From Octopus vulgaris (Eukaryota): DNA of 64,000 nt. Made by a program: the position numbers and the translations under genes. The stretch covers positions 46,748,001 through 46,812,000 of the forward strand of contig OX597818.1 in the NCBI GenBank assembly GCA_951406725.2, read 5' to 3'. Shown one piece after another: positions 11,474 to 23,690 of the stretch. Position 1 is the first letter of the stretch; each line of letters starts with the position of its first letter. The notes beneath the pieces are model-generated. The model worked only from the letters and a program-made list of their open reading frames with translations, ran no database searches and had not been told where the DNA came from.

Positions 11474-14139
11474 CAGTGGTTCCCAAGCCATGCACCACAA
11501 GATGTAATTAGGTGTGCCTCAAGAATGTAAGATTATATTTCAAAGTATGGAAAATACAAACTGAAGTTCACTAGAAAGTTTATATATAAATGTCAAAGTG
11601 GCAAAGAAATCTAATACTAAGTTCTAAACAAAGAATGAGAGGTGGTTGTGTCATTCAATTCATTTAGGCTAATTATGGTATGACTGTTACTCAATTTTGA
11701 ATCTGAAATTTCATAAGGATAAGAATTAAATTAGCATCAATCTATCCTGGAAATTGATGTCTTATGGACATTCAGTGTACAACTATGTTTCAGCTTATTT
11801 TGGTCGTAGCCTCAGGAGTTTTCGTTTCAATAATAAATGTGAAAAACTATTGAACCAAAATATACGATGTTGAACTAAATCTTTTAATACTTTCTCATGT
11901 ACTGCGGCTGTATTTCAATTTTTTTCATTCATACAGTGGTGAGAATTTTCATCTTGTTAATTTCGAAAGGCTTCTTAAAAGAGTCCGATAATATGTGACA
12001 CGCTACCAATTTTCACGGCTCACTGGTTACCTGTCTCAGTTTGACTGTTAGTAATCTGTGCTCTTTGTGCGAGACAATTCATATTAACAGATTAAATTAC
12101 TAGTAAAATGGAAAAGTTTATTAAGAGGAAACATAAATGTGACGATTATGAATCTGAAAGTAAACATTCATCAAAAGCAACTAAGTGTAGTGATGATATC
12201 GCGAAAGCTCAACCCAATCATAAATATTGCAATAGCTATTTAAAGTTTGGGTTTCACTGAACTCACAACAAGGGTCAACCTCGTCCACTGTGTGTTGTTT
12301 GTGGTGAAAAGATGTGTAACAAAGGCATGTTGCCCAGCAAGTTGAAAAAAACATTTTACAACCAAACACTCAAAATCTTCAATGCAAAGATCTGAAATAT
12401 TTCCAAAGACTGCTAGAACAGCAATCTAAACAAAGAAACTATTTCAAAAAAAGGACGAATGCTTCTGAAAAGGCTCAAGTTGCATCTATTGAGATGGCCA
12501 AAGTGATTGCCCTACAAACGAAATCACATACTTTAACCAAGTTGATTATCTTACCCGCTTCTAGAGAGATGGTTAAAACCATGTTAGGTAATGAAGCCGA
12601 GCAAAAAATAAGCAAGATTCCCCTCTCAAATAATACAATCCATAGGAGAATTATGGATTTATCTGCTGATATGGAGGAAAATGCACAGAACAAACTTCAG
12701 AACTCAGAATTTACTCTACAGGTTAATGAATCAACTGACATTAGCATCAAAGCACAATTACTTACATTTATTCGCTTTATTGATGGTAACCAAATCATAA
12801 ATCAGTTCTTTTGGTGCAAAGAAATGCCACTCACTACAAGAGGTCAAGACATTTTTGACATTTTATCTGCCTACCTTGAAAAAATAGATTTTATCCTGGA
12901 AATCATGTGTTGGAATATGTACCGATGGATCACCATCCATGATGGGCTCTATTAAAGGTTTTTGTATCACTCATACAACAGCAAAATCCTAATGTTATAT
13001 GTACTCATTGCTTCCTATATAGGAAAGTACTAGTTTCAAAAACAATACCAGTTGAGTTAAAGCAAGTATTAAAACAAGTTGTTGAAATGGTTAATTATAT
13101 TAAAATTAGGCCATTGAAGTGTTGCTTATTTGAACAAATTTGTATTGATATGGATTCCCATGCCAATTTGTATTGATATGGATTCAAAAGTCAGATGGCT
13201 CTCAAAAGATATGGTGCTATGTCTCATACATGAGCTCCAGAAGGAATTGCATGCATTTTTTTTTTAAAGAAGTAAAACATGAACACTTCTTGGAATATCT
13301 ACAATGTGAATTTTGAGTTTCCAAGTTGAAATATTTAACAGGGGTATTTGCACAACTTAATAGCATCAACACAATTATGCAAGGTAGAGGTGAGAACATT
13401 CTCACTTCAATAGATAAGCTGGTTTCATTTAAAAAGTTGTAAAAATAGAGCTGAAGGTGGTAACTTCAAAATGTTTCCATTAATACATAAAAGATACATA
13501 AAAGAAATGACTCCTATTGTATTTGAACATTTGACAAATCTGAAAGAGAAAACACTTTTATTTTCTGTAACTGAACACAGAAGAGTACAATTGGGTTCGA
13601 AATCCCTTCATTAAATATTGGTCTGAAAATATGTGAAGAAGAGGGACTGACACCTACATCCAGTGATCGCAGACTTAAAATCAAGTATGCTGAGTTACCT
13701 ACTGATATATTTTGGAGAATGCCCCTCAGTAGCAAAGAAAGCTTTATCCATTTTGATGCAGTTTTCCACATCATATTTATGTGAACTGCAATTTTCAACC
13801 CTCAATAACATCAAATGCAAAAAAAGAGAGAGGCTCCGTTGCATCGGAGAGAAACTGAGGGCTTGTCTCTCTCAAATACATCCCAATACTGGAAACCTTT
13901 CCAAAAAACATCAAGTGCATGTTTCTCATTGATAACTTTGCTTCAAATATTGAATAAAGAGTAAGTATGTGCACTTTTTCTGTATTTTTAATTATCTATA
14001 TATTACTTTATAGCTTATGCTATGCTAATATGTATAAAAACCCTTTTGAATAAATTTTAGAATTTATGTACAAAGTGCGCTGAAATATTTTGACTACTTG
14101 TAAGGTGTGCCGAGAGTTAAAAAAGTTTGGGAACCACTG
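11474..14139 (+). mobile_element. hAT transposon, Buster/Charlie family, decayed but full-length (2666 bp)
   Basis: TIRs CAGTGGTTCCCAA / TTGGGAACCACTG. 8 bp TSD GATTAGAC (11466-73) / GACTAGAC (14140-47) with the central TA typical of Buster elements. Confidence 0.93.
12108..13932 (+). pseudogene. Buster-type (ZBED5/SCAND3-like) transposase pseudogene
   Basis: BED-finger relic (CVVCGE...PSKLKKHF), IPLSNNTIHRRI, FTLQVNESTDI and the C-terminal dimerisation motif FSTSYLCELQFSTL. Many stops and frameshifts. Confidence 0.88.
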
Positions 14140-14169
14140 GACTAGACAGTACACTGCGTTCTATAGCAG

Positions 14170-14410
14170 AGGGGCGTAGCTTAGTGGTTAGAGTGTTGGA
14201 CTCATGATCATAAGATTGTGGTTTCAATTCCTGGACCAGGTGATGCCTTGTACTCACGAGCAAAACACTTCATTTCACATTGCTCCAGTCTGCTCAGTGG
14301 ACAAAAATGAGTAATCCTGTGATGGACTGGTGTTCTGTCCAGTGGAGAATGGACATGTCACAGAAACCAAGAAACTGGCCCTATGAGTATATATGATTCA
14401 GGAAGGAAGG
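14170..14410 (+). mobile_element. tRNA-derived SINE
   Basis: GGGGCGTAGCTTAGTGGTTAGAG...GGTTTCAATTCC head followed by a SINE body. Confidence 0.65.
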
Positions 14411-14680
14411 AGCTATTCTGTTCTTTCCAATCTACTCAGCAACAAATGAGTTCCAGCAAGAATTGGGAAGTTAAAACTGCAACAGATAGGGGTCCCATTT
14501 AGTGGGCAGTGTTGTAATTTCAGTCACTTTATACAGCATAGAAACCAGGTTAAACTCTGCTTTCTTGAGTTCTAGGACTCATAAAGACCTAAACACTAAC
14601 CAAATGTATGAGGTATGTTCCTTTTTAACATTCAGATCTTAAAACATAAATGCATTTTCCAGAGTATGAACTAATATAAA

Positions 14681-15010
14681 ATCATCATCATCATCGTTTA
14701 ACATCCACTTTCCATGCTAGCATGGGTTGGACAGTTCAACTGGGGTCTGGGAAGCCAGGAGGCTGCACCAGGCCCAATCTGATCTGACAGTGTTTCTACA
14801 GCTGGATGCCTTTCCTAATGCCAACCACTCTGTGAGTGTAGTGGGTGCTTTTTACGTGCCACCAGCACAGGTGCCAGGCAAGGCTGGCAACAGCCATGAT
14901 CAGTTGGTGCTTTTTACGTGCCACCAGCACGGAGGCCAGTCGAGGTAGTGCTGGCAACAGCCACGTTCGGACGGTTCTTTTACTGGTATCACAACTGCAA
15001 TTTCCATTGA
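14681..15010 (-). mobile_element. RTE LINE 3' UTR fragment with (GAT)n tail
   Basis: Matches 34040-34411. Other copies at about 19361-19606, 24978-25172, 25409-25700, 27803-27950, 37081-37331 and 48685-48865. Confidence 0.8.
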
Positions 15011-15265
15011 TTTTTTAATTCAAAATAGTTGATAATATTGCCCAATTTGTTTGTTTGTCCTTTTAAGCAGTTAAGTTCATCACTATTTGATTAAAACAAA
15101 GTATTAAAGTGAATTTAGAGTATATGCTGCCCACCCCCTCTACAAATAAAAACAATATGCATGTTCAGTGAGAGAAAATTACATAAATTGTGTCTTGCAC
15201 AGATACATAAACTCATTGTAACGCTGTCAGTGGTTCAACACAATAACCTTTCGTTAGTTCTTTAA

Positions 15266-15486
15266 CCCTTTCAATACCAACCCGGCTGAAACCACCTCTG
15301 GCTCTGTAGTACAAATGTCTTGTTTTCATAAGTTTTAAATTCAAATCTTCCACCAAACCTTAGTCAGAATTTATGTTCCTTACACCAGCTTAATGATAAC
15401 TAAGTTATTTTACTAAATTCTTTGTTAATTTAAAATTAATTGAAAGAAACACAGAGCATCTCAAAATAAATACAGTAATGAAAGGG
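15266..15486. mobile_element. piggyBac-type MITE family 2 (CCCTTTCRTTAC termini, TTAA TSD)
   Basis: TTAA-CCCTTTCAATAC...GTAATGAAAGGG-TTAA. Copies at about 10270-10470, 52862-53081 and 59575-59985. Confidence 0.82.
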
Positions 15487-16489
15487 TTAAATTCAATCTG
15501 GTACATAAAAACAATATCTTTTGGCTATACAAATTGGTCAAAGTTTCTGCAAATTGCATTTTTCATGTTGGCAATTTACTTTGAGAGCATCTTTTTATTT
15601 GGTAATTCTGAAAGAAGACTGATGGTGCATTCAAATATGGTTTACTGGTTAGGGGATTTGACTTATGGTTTGAGGCCATGAGTTCAATTCCTGGCAGTAT
15701 GTTGTAGTATCTTTAATCAAGATAATTTATTTCTCATTGTTCCAGTCCACTCAGCTGACAAATTGTACCCGTAATTCAAGGGGTCGGGTTTATCACATTC
15801 TGTGTCACACTGAATCTCGCTGAGAACTACAATAAGGGTATATGTGTCTGTGGAATACTCAACCACTTGCACATTAGCGAGCAGGCTGTTCCATTGATTG
15901 GTTCAAATGGAACACTCATAGTTGACAGAGTGCCAGTCAACTTTGGGACGTTGTCTTCTCTTTTGTTTACATATGATCATTAGCAATATTATGAAGTATT
16001 TTCAGCATCAGGTAAGTAAATGTTCTTTTCAGTTTTTGGCCAATGTCAAAATAGAAAACTTGAAGCTTTTCCATGATTTTAATTTTCTGCAGTTTATTTT
16101 AATTTGAGATAATCTATAATAATCTCGGCTGGTTTATTAATGTCAGTGTCCTTAATAAAATAATGTTGTAAAATATAACAATTTAAACATTGTCTTTTAG
16201 CTTCAGAAACTTCCCTGTTGTTATGAACTGTGAAATCTGTAATACTCTGTAAAACAACTGTAAAACAACGTAGATTGCCAACATGAAAAATGCAATTTGA
16301 AGAAACTATACACCTTAATACACAAAAGAAGCATATGCAAGCATGGAAAAGTGAACATTATGATGATGAGAATTTTACTGTAACAATACACTTGATAGAA
16401 AACTAATAATCATAATTGCTTGTTCAATATTTATGAAAGCATGTTCTCAGAAACAGTCGCATAAACAATTCTGCATCCACCAAAAGTAA

Positions 16490-16526
<37 letters not shown>

Positions 16527-16587
16527 AGATATATACTGCAATATGAAAAGACCCAATATTATGCAAGGTTTCGAAAATATTCTATCA

Positions 16588-16742
16588 GGCATGTCTGTGT
16601 GGTAAAAAGCTTGCTTCCCAATCACAAGGTTCCAGGTTCACTTCCACCGTGTGGTACCTTGGGCAAGTGTCTGCTACTATAGCCTCAATCTGACTAAAGT
16701 TTTGTGAGTGGATCTTGTAGGTGGAAACTGAAAGAAGCCCAT

Positions 16743-16782
<40 letters not shown>

Positions 16783-16970
16783 TCCCCCACAATTGCTTGA
16801 TAACTGGTGTTGGTGTATTTACATCTCTTAAATTAGCAGTTCAGCAACAGAGATCAACAGAATAAGTACCAGGTATAAAAAATAAGACCTAGGGTCAATT
16901 TGTTCAATTAAAACTCCTTCAAGGTGGTACCCCAGCATGGCTGCAGTCAAATGACTGAAACAAGTAAAAA
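16588..16970 (+). mobile_element. tRNA-derived SINE family A with internal (TG)n
   Basis: Head TGTGTGGTAA...GGTTCACTTCC, then CCTTGGGCAAGTG, a central microsatellite and the tail ATGACTGAAACAAGTAAAA. Confidence 0.8.
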
Positions 16971-17418
16971 AAAAATATCTGAAACAAAGTGAATTTACAT
17001 CTTAACCTGTTGTGGCTGAAGTAACCTAATTAAAACCTACATCATTAATTAAAAACAGAAGCATTCAATAGACATTCAAACAATGGCAGCACTGGCCGTT
17101 TTTACAGGCTCTTTTTTTTTCCTTTTTTGATTAAATTCTTCTTCAGTAGTTTCCATCTCTATCAACAATACTTAATACACCATCAAAGAATTATTTGAAG
17201 ACTTCAAATACCATGAGGAGCGTAGAATCTAATATTTTGTAATGTAGAAGAGAGGAAGCGCTGTCACTTTGGTTGCAAAATGGCAAATACAGCCATCATC
17301 CCTTTTTGAAAACATTAAAGGTAACAACAGTACCATATTTTGCTGACACAGAAACAACAGCACTTGTGTAGAAACAAGATATAAAAGCTATCATGGCAGT
17401 CCTGTCCAAAAGGCTAAT

Positions 17419-17706
17419 GCTTGTTCCTTCTCGAGCCAAGCCTGGCTCATAAGGGCCGGTTTCCTTGGCGTATAGGTTCCCCACCTGGACAGGACGCCGG
17501 TCCGTCGCAGGTGAGCTGCAGGATGAAAGAGTGAGAGAAAGTTGTGGTGAAAGAGTCAGCAGAAGTTCGCCATTACCTTCTGCTGGAACCGGGTGGAGCT
17601 TAGGTGTCTCACTCATAAACACACACATCACCCGGTCTGAGATTCGAACCCGTGATCCCTCAACCACGAGTCCGCTGCTCTAACCACTAGGCCATGTGCC
17701 TCCACA
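17419..17706 (-). mobile_element. tRNA-derived SINE family C, full length with TSD
   Basis: A and B boxes present. 11 bp TSD AAAAGGCTAAT at 17408-18 and 17707-17. Confidence 0.88.
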
Positions 17707-18768
17707 AAAAGGCTAATAGCTCCTCAATATTCTAAAAAGAACACAAAATGGCACACTTCACATCATCACACTACATGCAATGAAACTAGAATGTTTTTGG
17801 TTGTTAAAGGATTTTCTACAGTCACTTAACTGTGAGAAATAGCAGCTAAACATCCCTCTCAAACCACACTATACCTTCTTGAAACAGGATACATTGAATG
17901 TGTGTAATGCAGTGTGAATTATATCACACCTGAAAATAAGATGAGAAAGCTGAGGCTGGGATACCTTTGATAATAGGCCTGTTTAATCCAGGAAAATCTG
18001 GGGCAAAACAATAACCACCACCAAAATACACGAAATGAAAGGCCAACTATTCAGAGAGTTTGTCATCACAGCAGGTTCCAACTCCTCATAGTCCCTCCCA
18101 CTATATGTTCAATGAAACATCAAGATATTTAAAACAACATTATCACAACACCATCCTAAGAATACTATCCTACCAATACTACAATAACATCAGCATCAAT
18201 AATCTCATGAACACCAATGTGTTGGAATGCACACCACTAGAAAAAAAAATGCAGTAATTGAGGAGCTTTTGAGTGAGTTCACCACTAAAACCTACAGATA
18301 CACAGACAGAAACAGACTGGAAAGTAAAAAACCTCAAACAATGAGCCATTGCTAGTCAGAGACCTGCAGTGCAGTTTTCAATCAGATGAAGATAAAGTGT
18401 ACCAGGTATACAAGATCTATAAACCATCCTTGGCCACACAACTGGCTATCAATATACCACAGGTCTAACTGGAACTGTACACTAACAACTTAGAAAAATG
18501 ATAATTTAGAATTCTATTTGCAAACATGTTTAAGAAATAAAATTATACTCTTTGAAGCAAAACAATACAATCAAAAGCTAATAACAATATGGTATGAGAG
18601 CTGAAGGCACTCAATTCTGTTCCTTAGTTCCGGCAGCTGGAATTGTATAAGATGAGAACTGACTAATCCGGTGGGCAAATTTCTCAAACTACCAAATAAA
18701 CTACAATCACCAATTATGCTGTAAGTTTTTCAAAAAAAATATTTCAAGAACAATCTCTGTCATTATGA

Positions 18769-19100
18769 AGATGTACTTGCATAGCAAGTGACCTGATCTG
18801 AGATCATGTGCTTGAATGAAAACAATTGCAGCGTGGAAGGTGTTTATAAGCCATTTAAGAAACACACAAAATCCGTTAGATTCACTTTAACATTTAAATT
18901 TAATTTGTCAAAATATTTTTGTCGCTTTTAGACCACGACCTGTTCACTGACAAATGCAGCACAGAATTTTGTCAGTGAATAGGTCACTGTCTCAAAGCAA
19001 CGAAAATATTTTGATAAATTAAATCTAAATGTTGAAGTGAATCTTACGGATTTTGTGTGTTTCTTAAATGGCTTATAAACACCTTCCATGCTGCAATTGT
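18769..19100. mobile_element. Penelope-like inverted pseudo-LTR element (133 bp arms plus about 53 bp tail)
   Basis: Arms 18822-18954 and 18968-19100 are inverted copies, each with a hammerhead-like fold. Second family member at 62822-63071. Confidence 0.65.
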
Positions 19101-19337
19101 AATCTCTGTCATTCTATTTGTATTAATAATAAACGTAATCTCCTTTCTCTTGCAATGGTTCAGAAATATTTATATTTGGATCTACAACATCAAAAGAAAA
19201 AGAAATTGGAATCCATAATCCTTTTGCAGATGATGATATTTGCATTACAGATTTCCTTGTGTCTAAATTTAAAGCTACAAACATAGGTATGGAATATAAC
19301 CAGACCAAATAAAGAGAACAAATTAAAAGTGGTTTAA

Positions 19338-19810
19338 CCCTTTAGCATCTAGATTACACTCTCCCAGTGGTTGATATTGAGAAGGGCATCCAGCCATAGA
19401 AAACCATGCCAAACCAGACTGGAGTCTGGTGAAGCCTTCCAGCTTACCAGCTCTGGTCAAACCTTCCAACCCATGCCAGCACGGACAATGGACAAATGAA
19501 ACCATAGAAAACCATGCCAAACCAGACAGGAGTCTGGTGCAGCCTTCCAGCTTACCAGCCCTTCCAGCCTATGCTAGTATGGACAGAGAACGTTAAATGA
19601 TGATGATTACTCTGTCAAATGTAATGCTTATTTATTCATTTTGTTTTGAGTTAATCATACATTACTTAGTAGCTTCAAGTTTTCAATGATGTAATTGCTT
19701 ATTTTTAGAATGACATTGTAGGATAGGTGTGAGAGGCCAGATATGGGCACTTTGAACATAAAATAAACAGAATATTTGGGCTGGATATTGCCTGTTTAAA
19801 TGCTAAAGGG
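19338..19810. mobile_element. piggyBac-type MITE family 1 interrupted by an RTE 3' UTR fragment
   Basis: TTAA-CCCTTTAGCAT...ATGCTAAAGGG-TTAA. The insert at about 19361-19606 carries an internal duplication. Confidence 0.75.
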
Positions 19811-22730
19811 TTAAACAATACTTAGATCTTCAAACAAGATCAAGGTTAAATTAAATTGAGAGTAAAATGTTTAAAAGATTAAGGGTGGAAATAGGATCAG
19901 ATTCTCAAAAAAATATTAAATAATTATATGTAAATATTAAATAATTATATGTAAATCCAGAAATGCTGAACATTAATCTAGAAAAGAAATAATCCGTCTA
20001 ATAACAAAATGTTACATATTTCAGAAATTCAACTATTTTAGTAACATTGACAAGAGTAGCCTCTCTTAGACCAATAACTAAATAATATTTTGAAAAATAG
20101 CTTATAATCCACGAATGAGATTTGTCTTTCAAAGGTAGTAAAGTAGAGAATGTTTGTCAAGAAAAGTAAACTACGCCATTTTGTACACACATAACCAGCA
20201 GGTGTTCCAGATAGTAAGATATTTATTTCAAATGCTACTGCAACAAATAACAAAACAATTTCAATTAAAATGACAGCTCAAAAAATTAACAATATTAATG
20301 ATATAGGGTGTATCCATCTTTTCAATGTAATAAAGAATATTGAATTGGATTCTAAAATAGTAAAGTGCTCTGCCAAATACAAGATCACATGCAGTTGAAG
20401 TTCTTTTGTTTTGTTTTGTTTTTTAAATAAAATTACGTTACAGTTGCAAGAAAAGAGAACTCATTCAGCTAATAATCAGTTATTTCTTTTTAATATACAT
20501 CTATTTTTTATGATAACATGGGTCAGCTTTATTAAATAATATTTTTGCATGTTGTTGTGACAATTGCTTTCACAATTAGGTGCCTTTCTTGTTGCTAAAA
20601 ACTCAACAATGAAGTAAAAGTGAAGCTTGATGTCAACCAAGAAAAATGAGAAAAATCAATCAATCTATATCAAGGAAATAGTATGGTGTAACACTCTAGT
20701 TTGTGAATAGCATATAACAAAAACCTTCAAAGTCACAACAAATGCTAAGGCTCTCAAACTGATTACTTTTCATATAAAACATTGCCAAAACTACATCACA
20801 AAGACTAAGGCTCTTCTTTGAAACCAAGAAATACTCTACTCTGTCAGTTGCTAACTCATTACAAACCTCAAGTAAAATCCATAAGGTGTTGACTCCATCT
20901 ATGGTACAGTGTTGCTACAAAGCGACATCCTTGACCAAATCTAAAAGATCATAGATGAAACATGATCAAATCTAAAAGAAGGTCAGCTGACTGACTAACA
21001 AAGATTCAATCACTGGCTCATGTATGCATTCTGTGTTATCTCGGCTACAATGCTCTCTGCTCATCTGAACTATTTTCATATTCTTTACAGCTGGAACCAC
21101 TTCTTTCAGACACAAAACCATAGACATTTTAAAAGGACATCTACAGTAATCTCACCGTTCTTGGAGAGCTCTCGACTAGCTGTCATAGGAAAAATAAATA
21201 AACATATATGAAGCTGAACATTCAAGTAAAGATCCATGGACCCAGCACACTCTAGTCACCCTTCTGCTGTGGTATGTTTTGTAGAGCCATTGCAATGAAG
21301 CTGTCTGAGTATGTTGCAAACATTTAATTGTTCAGTTTGATTGTGTGTGACTGGAGGTAGATGTCGAGTGCTCAGGCAATGCATTGTAGATTGATTCTTC
21401 AGAATGTATTAATAAAAGCTACCAATCAGTACAGAGTACAGGCCTAATAAGAATATTAGTATTACAGTCGTTTTACTACAAACATCAGATTTATGGTTTG
21501 TTTCTGTCACATAGTAATGAAAACAATTTCAACATCGTATTATCTTGGTATCCCCTGAATGTAGAACAATGAATTAGTATGTGATTAAAGATGATGCTAC
21601 AAGGAATTCAAGTATGTTAGTTTTATTCCATGATTAGAATCTTGTGTGTGCAACTTATGGAGAACTTTGTTTTGAACTGTTTGTAGTCTATTATGGTTTC
21701 TGAGAGAAAAATAGCAACCATGAAAAGAAAAATGAACAGAAATATACAGTAATATCTCCCTTTATAAAGACCCGCTTTATGACATGCCTGCTTTACAAGT
21801 TTTATTTTCTGTTTAAGAGTTTTCACTTTATGAGCATTCTCCAGGAATTAATTAACTCATATATCGAGGCATTATTGTCATTATGAATAACAATTTAATA
21901 TAAAACTTCAGTGGAATGGCAAGATAGCCAACATCTAAGTCAATTTTATAGAAGTTCCAGCTCGAGTCATCAATGAAACCAGTGAATATTCACAAAGTCA
22001 TTCAATATTTTATTATTTGAGTTATGAAGTTCACTACGTGAATAATTTTGTTATTCACACAGCAAACTTGTGAAATATTACCTGAAGTGGATGGGGAGCC
22101 ACGATGCAGGCCACCCATCTCACTACACTTTTTTAGTCTTCCTCACACGGGACAAACCCTCGAATACTAAAAACAAAACAATACCAACACTATACTGTAA
22201 GATATACACAAAACCAAAGTTGATCATTTGTTCAGTGTGCAAAATGACGAAGACATTGATGGCCTGTACAACCTCTGCCAGCATGGAAGAATGAACATAA
22301 AATGATGATAGTCTCAAAAATTTGTTGTTTTGAGTGGAGAATTGGTAACATTGTTGTAATGTGGAGTATATTAATATAGTGGAGTTTTTTTAGTGAAGTG
22401 ATGAATTTGTTATGACATAATCGGTTCATTTAAATAAATATGATTAAAATACGGTTAAATACTTATTATAGTAGTTGATTAGTTGTATCAAGAAGAAATA
22501 ATAATTTAGCTTCAGAGAGAAGGAAAGAAAGAAGAAGAAAGAAACATCCAGACTATAAGATACTTCAGAACTGAAGTATGCCAGAGTTATTTCACCCAAA
22601 TAAACAAAATACTGAAATACTGTAAATAATCAGTTAATTATGAAGTAAGCATAAAATAATTAACGGATAATTGGTTTTCAAAACAACATTGTCAGTAAAA
22701 ACAATGAAGACAATATATGACAATACTTAC

Positions 22731-23690
22731 TGTAGATTCACTATCTCGAATCAGGAAATCCCCATCTTCAGCGTGTTTTGTAAGCATTTCTTCACACTGG
22801 GTCCGTGTTATTTTCCCAAAATACCACTCTTTATCAGCTAGAGGTCCCGATAAATGCTGTGGTTTATGATTAGGCATGCCGACCACACTGAGTGAGGATG
22901 CATTAGAAAGACTACTAGCTGACTGAGAGTGTGGAGTACATGAGCTGTCATTGGTTGCAGTATCATATTCAATATCATCTACTGATTGAACATAATTACG
23001 TGGTACAAGACCTAAGTGGTCAAACTTGTTCCGTGCTTTCCACCAATCAGGATCCTCAATAGGTTTTTCAACAATTAATAAACGGTCCCCTTTTTCAAAG
23101 CTAAGTTCTTCTTGATTTGAACGTTTAAAAGTATATAAAGCTGTAACAACTTCAATCCCTTCCATTGCACCAAAATCCACACGAGGAGCTGCTAAGTCAG
23201 AGGGTTGTTCCAACTCAACGTAGTTGGATGGAAACCACCCATATTCGTCATTATCTTTTCGGCCACGCCACCATCCATCAATAGATTTTTGCATGACTAT
23301 CACCTTCTCAGATTTTGTTAATGATATTTCATCAGGACGCTGTGCTTGATAACCATATTTGACAATTGCCGGTACATGTTCACAAATCTGGATATCAGCA
23401 CCTCCTGGACTTTTTTGGTCAAGTGCCGCAACTCCATTTCTTGAAGCCTGGTAGCTGGCAGCTGGACATTTGTTCTTTTTCCTAGTGAGTAAACTAGAGA
23501 AGAAGGAAGGCTTTGATTTTTTGACATAATTTGATGGTACAAAGCCAGATTTGCTTTGCATATTTTGTACTTTCCACCATTCTTTACTGTCGTCAAGAAG
23601 ACGTAGCTTCTCATTCTTCTTAATGTCCAACTCTTGGCTATTTTCAGCCTTATAATCATATTTTGCAATGACTATCACCTCCTCCGCCAT
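22731..23690 (-). CDS. NCK: Nck/Dock-family adaptor protein, first coding exon (SH3-1, SH3-2, SH3-3 and N-terminal part of SH2), 320 codons
   Basis: Starts [13 protein letters not shown], close to the vertebrate Nck1 N-terminus. Three SH3 domains with WW and GFVPSNYV / GWFPSNYV / GLVPRNYV motifs, then SH2 WYFGKITR...[10 protein letters not shown]. Acceptor ttttcttttattcctcAG opens the exon at 23713. Donor GTAAGT follows 22731 (phase 0). Confidence 0.96.

Larger units (their letters stand above)
8928..22730 (-). other. GT-AG intron (13,803 bp) interrupting the Nck SH2 domain
   Basis: Canonical donor and acceptor. Joining gives a continuous SH2 (FLIRDSEST|VGHYTVVL) with no missing segment. Confidence 0.9.

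Noticed and set aside
17630-17706. tRNA-like sequences here and at about 940-1014, 9540-9609 and 14170-14240
   Set aside because: They are SINE heads. A and B boxes are present, but there is no complete acceptor stem and they continue into repeat bodies.
19123-19308. SFDVVDPNINI resembling Penelope RT motif A next to the inverted element
   Set aside because: It is a single decayed motif and cannot be linked to the adjacent element.
22692-22730. C-terminal [12 protein letters not shown] of the 366 aa ORF
   Set aside because: Intron read-through after the GTAAGT donor. The SH2 continues at 8927.
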